Shown here: piece by piece, positions 23,721-32,000 of the stretch
Numbering within the stretch: position 1 is the stretch's first letter
Layout: each line of letters starts with the position of its first letter
Source of the DNA: an uncultured Candidatus Saccharibacteria bacterium
GTDB taxonomy: Bacteria; Patescibacteriota; UBA1384; XYA2-FULL-43-10; 1-14-0-10-43-13
Direction: 5' to 3'
NCBI GenBank assembly: GCA_964543385.1
Contig: CAZIYE010000001.1
Location: forward strand, 300,001-332,000
Length of the DNA stretch: 32,000 nucleotides
Translations under genes and position numbers: made by a program
Notes under the pieces: generated by a model
Databases searched by the model: none
Seen by the model: the letters and a program-made list of their open reading frames with translations, nothing else
What the model was told of the DNA's origin: nothing

Positions 23721-24668
23721 ATGAATATTTCTCATTTTTATAAAAAAATAGTCTCAGAATTTGCTAGCGCTGGCTCTCCATCGCCGGAACTTGATGCAAA
23801 TGTCCTTATTGAAAATGTTATAGGAAAAGATAGAACGTTCCTATTCTCCCATCCGTTAGAGCCACTTACAAACGCGCAATATTACAAACTTAGACGGTTT
23901 GTAAACAGACGAAAAAAAGGCGAACCTATCGCCTACATTACGGGCCATAAAGAATTTTACGGACTCGATTTTGCTGTAAACAAAAATGTCCTTATCCCCC
24001 GCCCTGAAACTGAATTCCTAGTTGCTAAAGCATTGGAATTTCTCAAAAGAAAAAGTGATGAATTAAAAAATAGGAAAATTAATATTCTAGACATAGGCAC
24101 CGGCTCCGGCTGTATAATTATTTCGATAATAAAATCATTTTCCGCGCTCGCATTTCCTCCTTATGCTAGATTCTTTGCTGCCGATATATCCAGAAAGGCA
24201 CTTATAATCGCTAAAAAAAATACCAAGCGATTATTGTTCGATGTCGGAGACCAAAATCTAAGCTCTAGCTACCGTTCGAATAATAAAATAAAGTTCATTG
24301 ACTCAGATCTATTTTCTAATCGCCTTCTTCGCAAAAAACCTGCCTCGCCGGCAGGCGGGTTTGATATAATAATTGCCAATCTCCCCTATGTACCAGACCA
24401 AACAGAAAATAGAAGATTGAAGTTTGAAAATATTTATTTTGAGCCACCATCTGCAATCTTTGCCCCTGACAACGGCGCTAGAACTATTAAAAGATTTATA
24501 GACCAATCCAAAAGTTACATAAACAAGAATAGTCTCATTTTAATTGAATTAGATCCAAGGAATGCAGTTGGGCTTGAAAAATACGCCCGAAAGACATACC
24601 GTGAGGCAAAAATAGAACTAAAAAAAGATTTAGCTGGCTTGGATCGTTATCTGATAATCGAGAATTAA
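23721..24668 (+). CDS. prmC: Release-factor glutamine N5-methyltransferase (PrmC/HemK family)
   Basis: ~315 aa, immediately after prfA. It has a GTGSGCI SAM-binding motif, and the catalytic tetrapeptide reads NLPY instead of NPPY. The track start at 23718 is TTG; the ATG at 23721 is preferred. Confidence 0.85.
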   Translation: MNISHFYKKIVSEFASAGSPSPELDANVLIENVIGKDRTFLFSHPLEPLTNAQYYKLRRFVNRRKKGEPIAYITGHKEFYGLDFAVNKNVLIPRPETEFLVAKALEFLKRKSDELKNRKINILDIGTGSGCIIISIIKSFSALAFPPYARFFAADISRKALIIAKKNTKRLLFDVGDQNLSSSYRSNNKIKFIDSDLFSNRLLRKKPASPAGGFDIIIANLPYVPDQTENRRLKFENIYFEPPSAIFAPDNGARTIKRFIDQSKSYINKNSLILIELDPRNAVGLEKYARKTYREAKIELKKDLAGLDRYLIIEN

Positions 24669-26008
24669 ATTCTTTTTTCGAGTTGTTCTCTAAGCTCTTC
24701 ATACCCTGGCTTACCAAGAAGAGCGTACATATTATTTTTATAAGCTTCCACGCCTGGTTGATTGAAAGGATTTACACCTAAAATATAAGCGCTGATAGCA
24801 CAAGATTTTTCAAAGAAATAAATCAATTTGCCCAGATAAAAAGGCGTTAATTCTGGGATACCGATCAAAATATTAGGAACTCCTCCATCAGAGTGTGCTG
24901 CTGCAGTGGCAGCCATCGCCTTTTTATTGACGAAATTGAGAGTCTTACCTGCAATAAATTCAAAACCATCAACGTTGTTGTCAGACTCTGGAATCGTTAA
25001 ATCTTTACCTGCCTGGTCGACAAATAGAATTGTCTCAAAAATTGTTCTCTCCCCTTCTTGGATATATTGCCCAAGGGAATGAAGATCTGTCGAAAAATCA
25101 ACTGCTGCCGGAAATATTCCCTTACGATCCTTACCTTCGCTTTCTCCAAATAGCTGTTTTAACCATTCAGAAAAGTAATGCATTTTGGGCTCATAATTTA
25201 CAAAAAGTTCTATTTTTTTACCATTTTTATAAAGAATGTTTCTGGCGACAGCATACTTATTCGCAATATTATCTAGCCTATCTGTAGAATATTTTTCCTC
25301 ACCATCTATTGCGCCATTTAACAGTTCTTTTACATTAATTCCGGCAACTGCAATTGGTAAAAGTCCAACCGCCGTCAATACCGAAAAACGGCCTCCGATA
25401 TTATCAGGAACAACAAAAGTTTCATATCCCTCTTTTTCTGCAAGATCTTTTAACGCTCCTTTATCTGCATCTGTCGTAGCAAATATTCTTTCTCTAGCTC
25501 CTTCTTTACCATATTTTTCTTCTAAAATATTCTTGAAAATTCGGAATGCCAAAGCTGGTTCAGTAGTCGTTCCGGACTTAGATATCACATTGATAGAGAT
25601 GTCTTTGTCTTTAACAAGATCCAGAAGGTCAGACAGATAAGAGCCACTCATATTTTGGCCCGCAAAGTATATCTCCGGGCAATGCCTCGTATCCTTATTT
25701 AGATTATTATAGAAGTTAGGTTGCAATGCCTCGATGACTGCCCTAGCCCCAAGATACGAACCACCTATGCCGATTACTACAAAAACATCTGAATTTTTAC
25801 GAATTTTCTCTGCGGCTTTTTGTATTCTAGCAAATTCACTTTTATCATAATTTGATGGTAAATTAACAAAGCCAAGCATGCCATTACCTTCACCATTTTT
25901 CTCTACAATTTTCCGATTAGCCTCTGCAACATCACCCTCCATCAGATTCATTTCATCAACGCTCACAGACTGATCAATATTACCACAATCCAGTATAATA
26001 TTATTCAT
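24665..26008 (-). CDS. pgi: Glucose-6-phosphate isomerase
   Basis: 447 aa with [20 protein letters not shown] and the C-terminal NPFNQPGVE. Its stop shares the palindrome TTAA with the prmC stop. Confidence 0.9.
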   Translation of the reverse strand: MNNIILDCGNIDQSVSVDEMNLMEGDVAEANRKIVEKNGEGNGMLGFVNLPSNYDKSEFARIQKAAEKIRKNSDVFVVIGIGGSYLGARAVIEALQPNFYNNLNKDTRHCPEIYFAGQNMSGSYLSDLLDLVKDKDISINVISKSGTTTEPALAFRIFKNILEEKYGKEGARERIFATTDADKGALKDLAEKEGYETFVVPDNIGGRFSVLTAVGLLPIAVAGINVKELLNGAIDGEEKYSTDRLDNIANKYAVARNILYKNGKKIELFVNYEPKMHYFSEWLKQLFGESEGKDRKGIFPAAVDFSTDLHSLGQYIQEGERTIFETILFVDQAGKDLTIPESDNNVDGFEFIAGKTLNFVNKKAMAATAAAHSDGGVPNILIGIPELTPFYLGKLIYFFEKSCAISAYILGVNPFNQPGVEAYKNNMYALLGKPGYEELREQLEKRI

Positions 26009-26059
26009 TTTAGCCGATCAATTAATTATTTATTTATATGATACCAAAAATACACTACA

Positions 26060-26083
26060 AGAAAACCCACCTTTAAGGCGGGC
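26060..26083 (-). terminator. Probable intrinsic terminator after htrA
   Basis: On the minus strand, CCCGCC-UUAAA-GGUGGG (6-bp stem with one G-U pair) is followed by UUUUCUU. Confidence 0.5.
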
Positions 26084-26122
26084 TCTCTCATGTCTGTTTT
26101 CTATACGTAAATTGGAATGATC

Positions 26123-26157
26123 GTTATCTGTATATTCGTCTAATTCGTCATCTTTAT
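26123..26157 (-). repeat. Copy B of the 35-nt post-stop element
   Basis: It matches 20632-20666 at 29 of 35 positions without gaps. It lies 6 nt after the htrA stop and upstream of a terminator hairpin. Confidence 0.5.
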
Positions 26158-26163
26158 TAGATA

Positions 26164-27384
26164 TTATTTACCCTCTTCGAGTTTCACCTTTGTTTCTTTT
26201 TCCTGACCCTTAGACAAGAACTTTATTTTAATCTCTTCGCCCACCTGATACTTCTGCACCAAGTCAATCAAAGTATGCGTCTCATCTATTTTCTCACCAT
26301 TAACCTCAGTGATGATGTCATTTTCTACCAAACCCGCCTTATCGGCTGGCGATCCAGGCACGACAGCAAAACTAGTCAATCCTTTTCCGCGTTGTATCAG
26401 AGCACCATATTCGACCGAAAGGTTATTTTCCTTAGCGATAGTAGGAGTAATTTCGAAATATCTTACACCCAGATATGGCCTGATGATACGGCCTGTTTTT
26501 TTAATACTATCTATAGCAGATTTAGCAGAGTTTACTGGTATGGCAAAACCTATTCCTTGTGCATTAGCAGCTACTGCAGTGTTTATGCCTATAACTTGTC
26601 CGGCTAGATTGACAAGCGGACCACCAGAATTTCCTTGGTTTATTGCTGTATCCGTCTGCAACAAGTTGCTAAGTGTCTCTTGACCCTGTCCACCTTGGTC
26701 AGATGCCTCGATTCTACGATCTTTTGCCGAAATAACACCAGCAGTCACTGTATTTTGGAATTGGCCAAGTGCATTGCCGATTGCTACAACCCACTGTCCT
26801 ACTTGGAGTTGATCAGAATCGCCAAGCTCTACTACAGGCAAATTCCTAGCCTCAATTTTTATAACTGCTAGATCATTTATTGGATCGAGTGATTTCACTG
26901 CTGCATCATAAGTTTTCCCGTCTTTCATCACAACAGCATATTTGGCGGTCACATCACTAACAACATGTTTGTTTGTCAGAATTAAGCCATCACTTGTAAT
27001 AACAAAGCCGGAGCCGGAACCTTCCGACTGATAAACTTGACCAAAAATATCAGTAACGGTCTTTTTCAGTGTTATAGATACAACCGCCTCTGACACTTTA
27101 TTGGTAGCATCAATTATAGCATTAGACTCTTCTACAACAATTTTTTGGGTACTTGTCGTTGGGATAGTCAGATTCTTAAAATTAATCCCTAGCTTTTGTG
27201 CAAATTCACCATTATTTGCAGAAAAGAACAAAACGCCGCCAACGCCGCCAACGCCGCCAGCAATAAAAACTAATATAACTATCATGATCACAAATATTAG
27301 CTGGGCCGTTTTGTTTTTTACTGATGATTTGCTCGAAGCAACATATTTATTCATAGATAAATCTTGAAATTCAACTTTCGGCAT
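26164..27384 (-). CDS. htrA: HtrA/DegP-family serine protease with an N-terminal membrane anchor and one PDZ domain
   Basis: 406 aa with the catalytic-triad context TNKHV, DLAVIK and GNSGGPL, plus a C-terminal PDZ (GSPADKAGL). Confidence 0.9.
   Translation of the reverse strand: MPKVEFQDLSMNKYVASSKSSVKNKTAQLIFVIMIVILVFIAGGVGGVGGVLFFSANNGEFAQKLGINFKNLTIPTTSTQKIVVEESNAIIDATNKVSEAVVSITLKKTVTDIFGQVYQSEGSGSGFVITSDGLILTNKHVVSDVTAKYAVVMKDGKTYDAAVKSLDPINDLAVIKIEARNLPVVELGDSDQLQVGQWVVAIGNALGQFQNTVTAGVISAKDRRIEASDQGGQGQETLSNLLQTDTAINQGNSGGPLVNLAGQVIGINTAVAANAQGIGFAIPVNSAKSAIDSIKKTGRIIRPYLGVRYFEITPTIAKENNLSVEYGALIQRGKGLTSFAVVPGSPADKAGLVENDIITEVNGEKIDETHTLIDLVQKYQVGEEIKIKFLSKGQEKETKVKLEEGK
27233..27259. 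repeat. Perfect 3 x 9-nt tandem repeat (ACGCCGCCA) inside htrA
   Basis: Read directly from the sequence. It encodes GGVGGVGGV in the N-terminal membrane anchor. Confidence 0.8.
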
Positions 27385-27392
27385 ATTTTTCC

Positions 27393-27629
27393 TTATTTAT
27401 CCATTTTTTTAGATATCTCGTCTGCGGCTTCCTTGACTTTCTCTCGAGCAGTTTCCTTGCCTTTCTCTAGCATTTCCTTACCCTTTTCTGTATATTCTTT
27501 TGCCTTATCGCCAATGATCTTTCGAGTCTCTTTGCCACTCTTTGGAGCAAAAAGTACACCAGCAACTGCACCCGCCGCTGCTCCTATCAACGCACCAAGT
27601 AGAAACTTTTTGTTATCTTCAGCCATCAT
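27393..27629 (-). CDS. YtxH-domain protein (general-stress-like small membrane protein)
   Basis: 78 aa. LGALIGAAAGAVAGVLFAPKSGKETR is the typical YtxH N-terminus. The rest is Lys/Glu-rich. Confidence 0.75.
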   Translation of the reverse strand: MMAEDNKKFLLGALIGAAAGAVAGVLFAPKSGKETRKIIGDKAKEYTEKGKEMLEKGKETAREKVKEAADEISKKMDK

Positions 27630-27895
27630 TCTCCTTTATTATCTATTGAATTTCTAATTTTTTTAATAAATTCTAAAGAATAAATAAAACTCTTGACGCC
27701 TTCCAGCAATCCCATAAATGTGTATTTTGCCTTTGTAATAGACTCATCAATCTCCTGTACTCTTTTCAATATTATAAATGTGGTTTCTTTGAAATTGCTG
27801 AGAATTTCAAAAGTTCTCCACAAAACCGCTATTAAAAAAATAGTAGCGATAATCAGAACTCCATATAAGATCTGAAGCAATAATTCTGTATCCAT
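27626..27895 (-). CDS. DUF948-like small membrane/coiled-coil protein
   Basis: 89 aa with one N-terminal TM helix followed by a helical region. A 4-nt overlap with the YtxH gene gives the usual DUF948-YtxH pairing. AAGGGAGA lies upstream. Confidence 0.5.
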   Translation of the reverse strand: MDTELLLQILYGVLIIATIFLIAVLWRTFEILSNFKETTFIILKRVQEIDESITKAKYTFMGLLEGVKSFIYSLEFIKKIRNSIDNKGE

Positions 27896-27918
27896 TGTCT
27901 CCCTTCTATAACTATAAA

Positions 27919-27937
27919 AATTAGATCAGATCTAATT
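27919..27937 (-). terminator. AT-rich perfect palindrome (9-nt arms) after the MscS-like gene; weak terminator candidate
   Basis: AATTAGATC-A-GATCTAATT is followed on the minus strand by UUUUAUAG. Confidence 0.35.
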
Positions 27938-27980
27938 ATATGCCAAAACCAGAGCTATAACAACGGCATAAAGACCAAAT

Positions 27981-28511
27981 TTAGCTTTTAGGATTACGAT
28001 CTAGGACAGACCAACCATTTATATTATCTACCTTAGAATTTGGAATAATGTGGATCGAGCCCTTATCGTCCTTTATTCTTATTTTCCGGACATCTATTTT
28101 CTCAACAACCCCTTCAATGTCGCCAACTTTTATTTTATATCCACATTCAAAATCTTTATCCCTAGCAAGAGATAACCCAGCAATTATATCAGCGGCCATT
28201 GCTGAAGCACCATTTGCAATTGCAAAGCCAAGTGCAAAAACTGAGCTTGATATCGTGATTGCCAAATTAGCCAAACCTGCCTGACGAGCCATTTCAGCAA
28301 TCAACATAACCCAAAAGACTATACTTGCAAGAGAAGAGACAAGATCGCGAAGAGATTTACTCAGACGGAAAATTCTCAATGTTCTTGATAGTAGAAATAA
28401 AGCAGCCTTGATGGCAAGGAAACCAATCGCTAGCGTCAATATTAGTCCTGGCAATTTTGGAACCAAGTTCTCAATCAGTCGCAAGATTTTTTCCGAAAAA
28501 TCAACAATCAT
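27981..28511 (-). CDS. Small MscS-family mechanosensitive channel-like protein
   Basis: 176 aa with three N-terminal TM helices followed by the MscS beta-domain pattern (IKVGDIEGVVEKIDVRKIRIKDDKGSIHIIPNSKV). It lacks the usual C-terminal alpha-beta domain. 1-nt overlap with gatB. Confidence 0.7.
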   Translation of the reverse strand: MIVDFSEKILRLIENLVPKLPGLILTLAIGFLAIKAALFLLSRTLRIFRLSKSLRDLVSSLASIVFWVMLIAEMARQAGLANLAITISSSVFALGFAIANGASAMAADIIAGLSLARDKDFECGYKIKVGDIEGVVEKIDVRKIRIKDDKGSIHIIPNSKVDNINGWSVLDRNPKS

Positions 28512-29905
28512 TATCCCTCCAATTTTTCTCTTAAGATTTTAGTTACTTCTTGTGGATTAACTTTACCACCTGTTGTTTTCATAATTTGTCCGACAAAGAA
28601 ACCAAAAAGCTGCTTCTCTCCTGATTTATAGCGATTAACCTCGTTCGGCCACAATTTTATAGCATTACAAACGATCATTTCGACATCGGAACTTCCGTTA
28701 TTAAAATCTTCTATGAAAGATTCGAAGTTACGTTCCTCCTTATGCATTCCCAAGGCTAATTCAGAAAATTGACTCTTAGACAACTTGCCATCCGATAATG
28801 CTGAGACCGCCTTTGCGTAATCACCGCTAATTGCAAAGTCGTTTTCGGTCAAATCAAAACTATAATATTTTTGCACGATTGTTTTAGCTAAAAGACTTAA
28901 TTTTTCTTCTTCTAGATGCTCTCCTATTGATTCAAAGAATTTTGATTTAACCTTATCAGCAACCAGAACCTTTGCATCAGACTCGACTATTCCTAGTTTT
29001 GTTAAAGCTTTTATCTTTTCTTCTTCATCCTGGCTAATTTCAGCTCTCAATAGATCTAAATCAAATTCTGTTGTATCGAAAGGAGGTAAATCCGGTTCTG
29101 GAAAATACCGATAATCAGCAGCCTCTTCCTTCCGTCTCTGCAGATAGACCTTATTGTTTTCACTATCATAACCCCAAGTTTCTTTTGACCCTTTTATAGG
29201 CCACTGAGCATATTCATCATTTAATTTTATTTCGACTAAAGCCAAGGCCTTCTCAACAAACTTGAAAGAGTTAAGATTCTTTAGCTCTATTATCTGAGAC
29301 ATTTTATCGCCATCATTTACCGAAATATTAGCATCACAACGCATATGTCCCTTTTCCATACTGGCTTCTGATACTCCTACAACGTCACGTACAATTTTTT
29401 GCAGCTTACGCAAAAATTCTCCAGCTTCTTTAGGCGAAACGATATCTGGCTCAGTTACAATTTCCATCAACGGAGTCCCAGCACGATTTAAGTCTACATA
29501 ACTTTTATTACCACGATGAATAAGTTTGCCGGCATCTTCTTCGAGATGTATTCTGTTTAATCTTATTTTGCGACCATCTACTTCTACATATCCACCAACA
29601 CAGAAAGGCTCATCATATTGGCTAATTTGATAACCCTTTGGAAGATCAGGGTAAAAATAGTGTTTTCGATCAAACTTTGCAATCTTTGGTATATCGCAAT
29701 TTAAGGCAAGCCCAGTCTTTATTGTCCATAAGATTGCCTGCTTATTTGCAACGGGCAAAGCCCCTGGCAAAGCCAAGCAGACAGGGCAAACTACGCTATT
29801 TGGCGCCTTTTTCTCTGCATTATTATCACAACCACAAAACATCTTGCTTTTCGTTTTGAGCTGAACATGAATTTCTAAACCAATTTTTGTTTGTAAATTT
29901 GCCAT
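28511..29905 (-). CDS. gatB: Asp/Glu-tRNA(Asn/Gln) amidotransferase subunit B
   Basis: 464 aa with the N-terminus KIGLEIHVQLKTKSKMFCGC, plus RCDANISV and a C-terminal YqeY-like tail (FGFFVGQIMK). Confidence 0.95.
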   Translation of the reverse strand: MANLQTKIGLEIHVQLKTKSKMFCGCDNNAEKKAPNSVVCPVCLALPGALPVANKQAILWTIKTGLALNCDIPKIAKFDRKHYFYPDLPKGYQISQYDEPFCVGGYVEVDGRKIRLNRIHLEEDAGKLIHRGNKSYVDLNRAGTPLMEIVTEPDIVSPKEAGEFLRKLQKIVRDVVGVSEASMEKGHMRCDANISVNDGDKMSQIIELKNLNSFKFVEKALALVEIKLNDEYAQWPIKGSKETWGYDSENNKVYLQRRKEEAADYRYFPEPDLPPFDTTEFDLDLLRAEISQDEEEKIKALTKLGIVESDAKVLVADKVKSKFFESIGEHLEEEKLSLLAKTIVQKYYSFDLTENDFAISGDYAKAVSALSDGKLSKSQFSELALGMHKEERNFESFIEDFNNGSSDVEMIVCNAIKLWPNEVNRYKSGEKQLFGFFVGQIMKTTGGKVNPQEVTKILREKLEG

Positions 29906-29909
29906 AATA

Positions 29910-30374
29910 TTAATCTATTTTTTCCTCTGGAAATAATGTCCCTAGTGTTTGTTGATCCCAACGTATTTCCCCATCAACCCCATTTTTATAATGAAGCCTC
30001 TTGTATAACTCCTTAACTTTCGGAACAAACTCCCGTAAAAATATTATATCGGCCATAACTCTATCTGTTCTACTCCGTATATCCATATAGGCAATGCCGT
30101 CTTCCGCCCTTAAAGCAACTTTAGCCATCTCTTCACGAAGATCTAACGAAAAATCACTCAATTTTTTATGGATCTCTCTAAAGCTTTGGCTGGCTTTATC
30201 TTCTCCGTTTAAAAGGTCAGGATCAGATTCTATCATAGTCAATGTACAATGCCGTCCATATGCTATCATGGGCTTTAAATTATTATAAAGAGTGATCTCG
30301 TCTAGCAATCTTTTAACTTCGGCCGAAATCTCTTCTGGACTAAGATATTCTTCTCCATTCTCTATTTCTGACAT
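29910..30374 (-). CDS. Hypothetical acidic 154-aa protein
   Basis: The ORF overlaps the upstream gene by 1 nt (TGATG) and ends 4 nt before the gatB ATG. No family was recognised. Confidence 0.55.
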   Translation of the reverse strand: MSEIENGEEYLSPEEISAEVKRLLDEITLYNNLKPMIAYGRHCTLTMIESDPDLLNGEDKASQSFREIHKKLSDFSLDLREEMAKVALRAEDGIAYMDIRSRTDRVMADIIFLREFVPKVKELYKRLHYKNGVDGEIRWDQQTLGTLFPEEKID

Positions 30375-30922
30375 CAGATTGCCTTTGTATATTCTAATAA
30401 CTTGTTAGCTGCTGCTGACAATTCAATATTTGATATTTGATACTCATTTTCATGGGCTATTTGGTTCCTGACCTTGTGCCCCTGCCATATTTCATTATAC
30501 AAATTTTGGTTGACCGATGACTGAGCCTCCCTCAACCTATCTGCAAAAGTTTCCCCACTATAGCCTTGTGCTTTTAGCACATAGTCGACCAATTTATCAG
30601 CTTCTATCACTAAATGTTTCAACTCTATTTCACTATTCGTATTTAGCATTGATTCAATCTGGTGTCTCTTCGTAACTACATAGTTTCGATCTTCCAGGCT
30701 CATACCGACCTTATTGACACCAAATTTAATGCCTTTAAAAGGTAAGGAAACGAGCCACCATAAAGCCTTGAATAGACCAATAACTATTATCTCCAGAATG
30801 GTCTGCTGATTCTGATTCCTCTTACCTTTATAATTTTGATTATAAGACATATTCTGACTTTTCTCGTTACTGTCATCTCGAGCTTGTGCGAGAGATCCCA
30901 TGTGCTCCATGAAATTTCTCAC
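30374..30922 (-). CDS. Membrane-anchored protein with a C-terminal DUF4145/HEPN-like domain
   Basis: 182 aa (GTG at 30922; an alternative ATG at 30910 has AAGGTGA 9 nt upstream). It has an N-terminal Asn/Gln-rich region and one TM helix (ILEIIVIGLFKALWWLVSLPF). The C-terminal helical domain carries an Rx4H motif (HKVRNQIAHE). Confidence 0.55.
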   Translation of the reverse strand: MRNFMEHMGSLAQARDDSNEKSQNMSYNQNYKGKRNQNQQTILEIIVIGLFKALWWLVSLPFKGIKFGVNKVGMSLEDRNYVVTKRHQIESMLNTNSEIELKHLVIEADKLVDYVLKAQGYSGETFADRLREAQSSVNQNLYNEIWQGHKVRNQIAHENEYQISNIELSAAANKLLEYTKAI

Positions 30923-30968
30923 CTTTGGTTCGAAATGACAATCAATTAATAACTAAATTATAATAAAA

Positions 30969-31706
30969 TTATTTAATCTCAATTGAATTAATCAAAACTG
31001 GGTTAAGCGGTTTATCCTGATCATCTGCTGGAACCTCAGAAATCGCTTTCACGATATCAAGACCTTTGGTCACTTTCCCGAAAACCGTATGTTTGCCATC
31101 GAGATGAGGCTGTGCTTTCTCTGTCACAATGAAAAACTGGCTTCCATTAGTATCTGGTCCAGAATTAGCCATTGCTAGTGATCCTACTTCCATCTTGTGC
31201 GAGCTTAATTTCCTATCATAATTGTATCCAGTCTTCTCAAGATCCAGTACCTGACTTTCAGATAAACCTAAACTCTCAGGATTTATCTCATCCGCAAAAT
31301 AACCACCAAAAGCACTCTCGCCTCCAGTACCATCTCCGCTAGGATCACCACCCTGAATCATAAAGCCTTTAATAACTCTGTGCCAAGTTAGTTTGTCGTA
31401 GTAGCCTCTTTGAGACAGTTTGCTAAAATTATCAACTGTTTGCGGTGCATCATTATTATATAATTCTACCTCTACATCCCCCATCGATGTATGTATGATT
31501 GCTTGATCTCCCATGACTATTTCATCCTTTCTTATAAATGGAAAAGCTATTATTAGCAAAAGACAGATTGTGTACACCCAGACATCAATTTTCTTCCAAA
31601 AATTTGCAAATGGATTTTTTTCTACCTCAATTCTTCTGACAAAATCCTTCCGCTCTTTTTCAACCATGTCTCTTTTTTCTCTTTTGACCTTTGCTCTTTT
31701 TCCCAT
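30969..31706 (-). CDS. Cyclophilin-type peptidyl-prolyl cis-trans isomerase with an N-terminal membrane anchor
   Basis: 245 aa with WHRVIKGFMIQGGDP and GSQFFIV. Confidence 0.9.
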   Translation of the reverse strand: MGKRAKVKREKRDMVEKERKDFVRRIEVEKNPFANFWKKIDVWVYTICLLLIIAFPFIRKDEIVMGDQAIIHTSMGDVEVELYNNDAPQTVDNFSKLSQRGYYDKLTWHRVIKGFMIQGGDPSGDGTGGESAFGGYFADEINPESLGLSESQVLDLEKTGYNYDRKLSSHKMEVGSLAMANSGPDTNGSQFFIVTEKAQPHLDGKHTVFGKVTKGLDIVKAISEVPADDQDKPLNPVLINSIEIK

Positions 31707-31731
31707 ATCTAACCTTATATTTATAAAATAA

Positions 31732-32000
31732 TTAGTTTATCTTTGGTTTCTTTAGATGATGATTAGTTGACTTTTGAAATGCATAACCGATATTAAACAA
31801 AGTCTGCTCCCCCCACATTGGACCGATCAGCTGCATACCGACAGGCAAATCCTTTCCTTCTCTCTGTACGAAGCCCGCAGGGATACTCATCGCCGGTAAT
31901 CCTGCTGGATTTGCAGGCACGGTCAATATATCTGATAAATACATGCTCAAAGGATCATTTGTCTTTTCGCCAACTTTGAAAGCTGGAACTGGCGATACAG
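31732..32000 (-). CDS. gatA: Glu-tRNA(Gln) amidotransferase subunit A, C-terminal ~89 codons (gene continues past the right edge)
   Basis: My own translation shows the frame open beyond the track's TTG: ...[43 protein letters not shown]...[22 protein letters not shown]. This is the typical GatA C-terminus. Confidence 0.85.
   Translation of the reverse strand, partial: VSPVPAFKVGEKTNDPLSMYLSDILTVPANPAGLPAMSIPAGFVQREGKDLPVGMQLIGPMWGEQTLFNIGYAFQKSTNHHLKKPKIN

Noticed and set aside
24335-24365. Terminator-like GC hairpin flanked by an A-run and a T-run (AAAAAACCTGCCTCGCCGGCAGGCGGGTTT) inside prmC
   Set aside because: It lies in-frame within the conserved segment just before the catalytic motif ([19 protein letters not shown]) and the protein length there is normal. 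It is probably coincidental structure in coding sequence.
24665-24668. Convergent prmC and pgi share overlapping stop codons in the palindrome TTAA with no terminator between them (similarly only 10 nt separate the 167-aa ORF from gap at 11691-11700)
   Set aside because: The observation is real, but it is a common consequence of genome compaction and there is no further structure to interpret.
1-32000. Search for CRISPR arrays, IS elements, integrases, rRNA/tRNA genes and long repeats
   Set aside because: I found none. The only repeats are the short ones listed. All intergenic spacers except 3790-4023 and 22043-22265 are shorter than ~160 nt.

Overview
This is a gene-dense chromosomal segment, mostly minus-strand. 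Hand counts of 60-nt blocks give about 33-45% GC. It looks like a small-genome fermentative bacterium, possibly Patescibacteria/CPR-like. That is an inference from domain-minimal housekeeping proteins, a glycolysis-centred gene set and a group-3b-type hydrogenase operon. Recognisable content: trigger factor (partial); glycolytic genes pgk, class II fba, a PfkB-family kinase, gap, tpiA and pgi; a four-gene hydB/G/D/A-like operon followed by a PAP2 phosphatase; a YvcK-like protein; a short uvrC; the conserved block rpsB-tsf-pyrH-frr-rseP-proS; rpmE-prfA-prmC; htrA; YtxH and DUF948-like proteins; a small MscS-like channel; and gatA(partial)...gatB. I recognised no rRNA, tRNA, CRISPR array, transposase or integrase. 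TGA is used as a stop, so the standard bacterial code applies. Points worth a second look: (1) the hydrogenase large-subunit homologue has lost one Ni-Fe cysteine ligand, the motif His, the invariant Arg and its N-terminal strand, while its FeS/flavin partners look intact; (2) three small self-contained cassettes, GC- and Arg-enriched, sit between core genes, the largest encoding a 306-aa orphan basic protein with its own operator-flanked promoter; (3) a 1.4-kb insertion carrying a membrane protein is bounded by a duplicated pgk 3' end; (4) a membrane-anchored DUF4145/HEPN-like protein and an acidic partner are wedged inside the gatA...gatB operon; (5) a PfkB kinase is translationally overlapped with fba; (6) there are several small RNA-level or regulatory oddities. 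All functional calls come from by-eye motif recognition and no searches were run.
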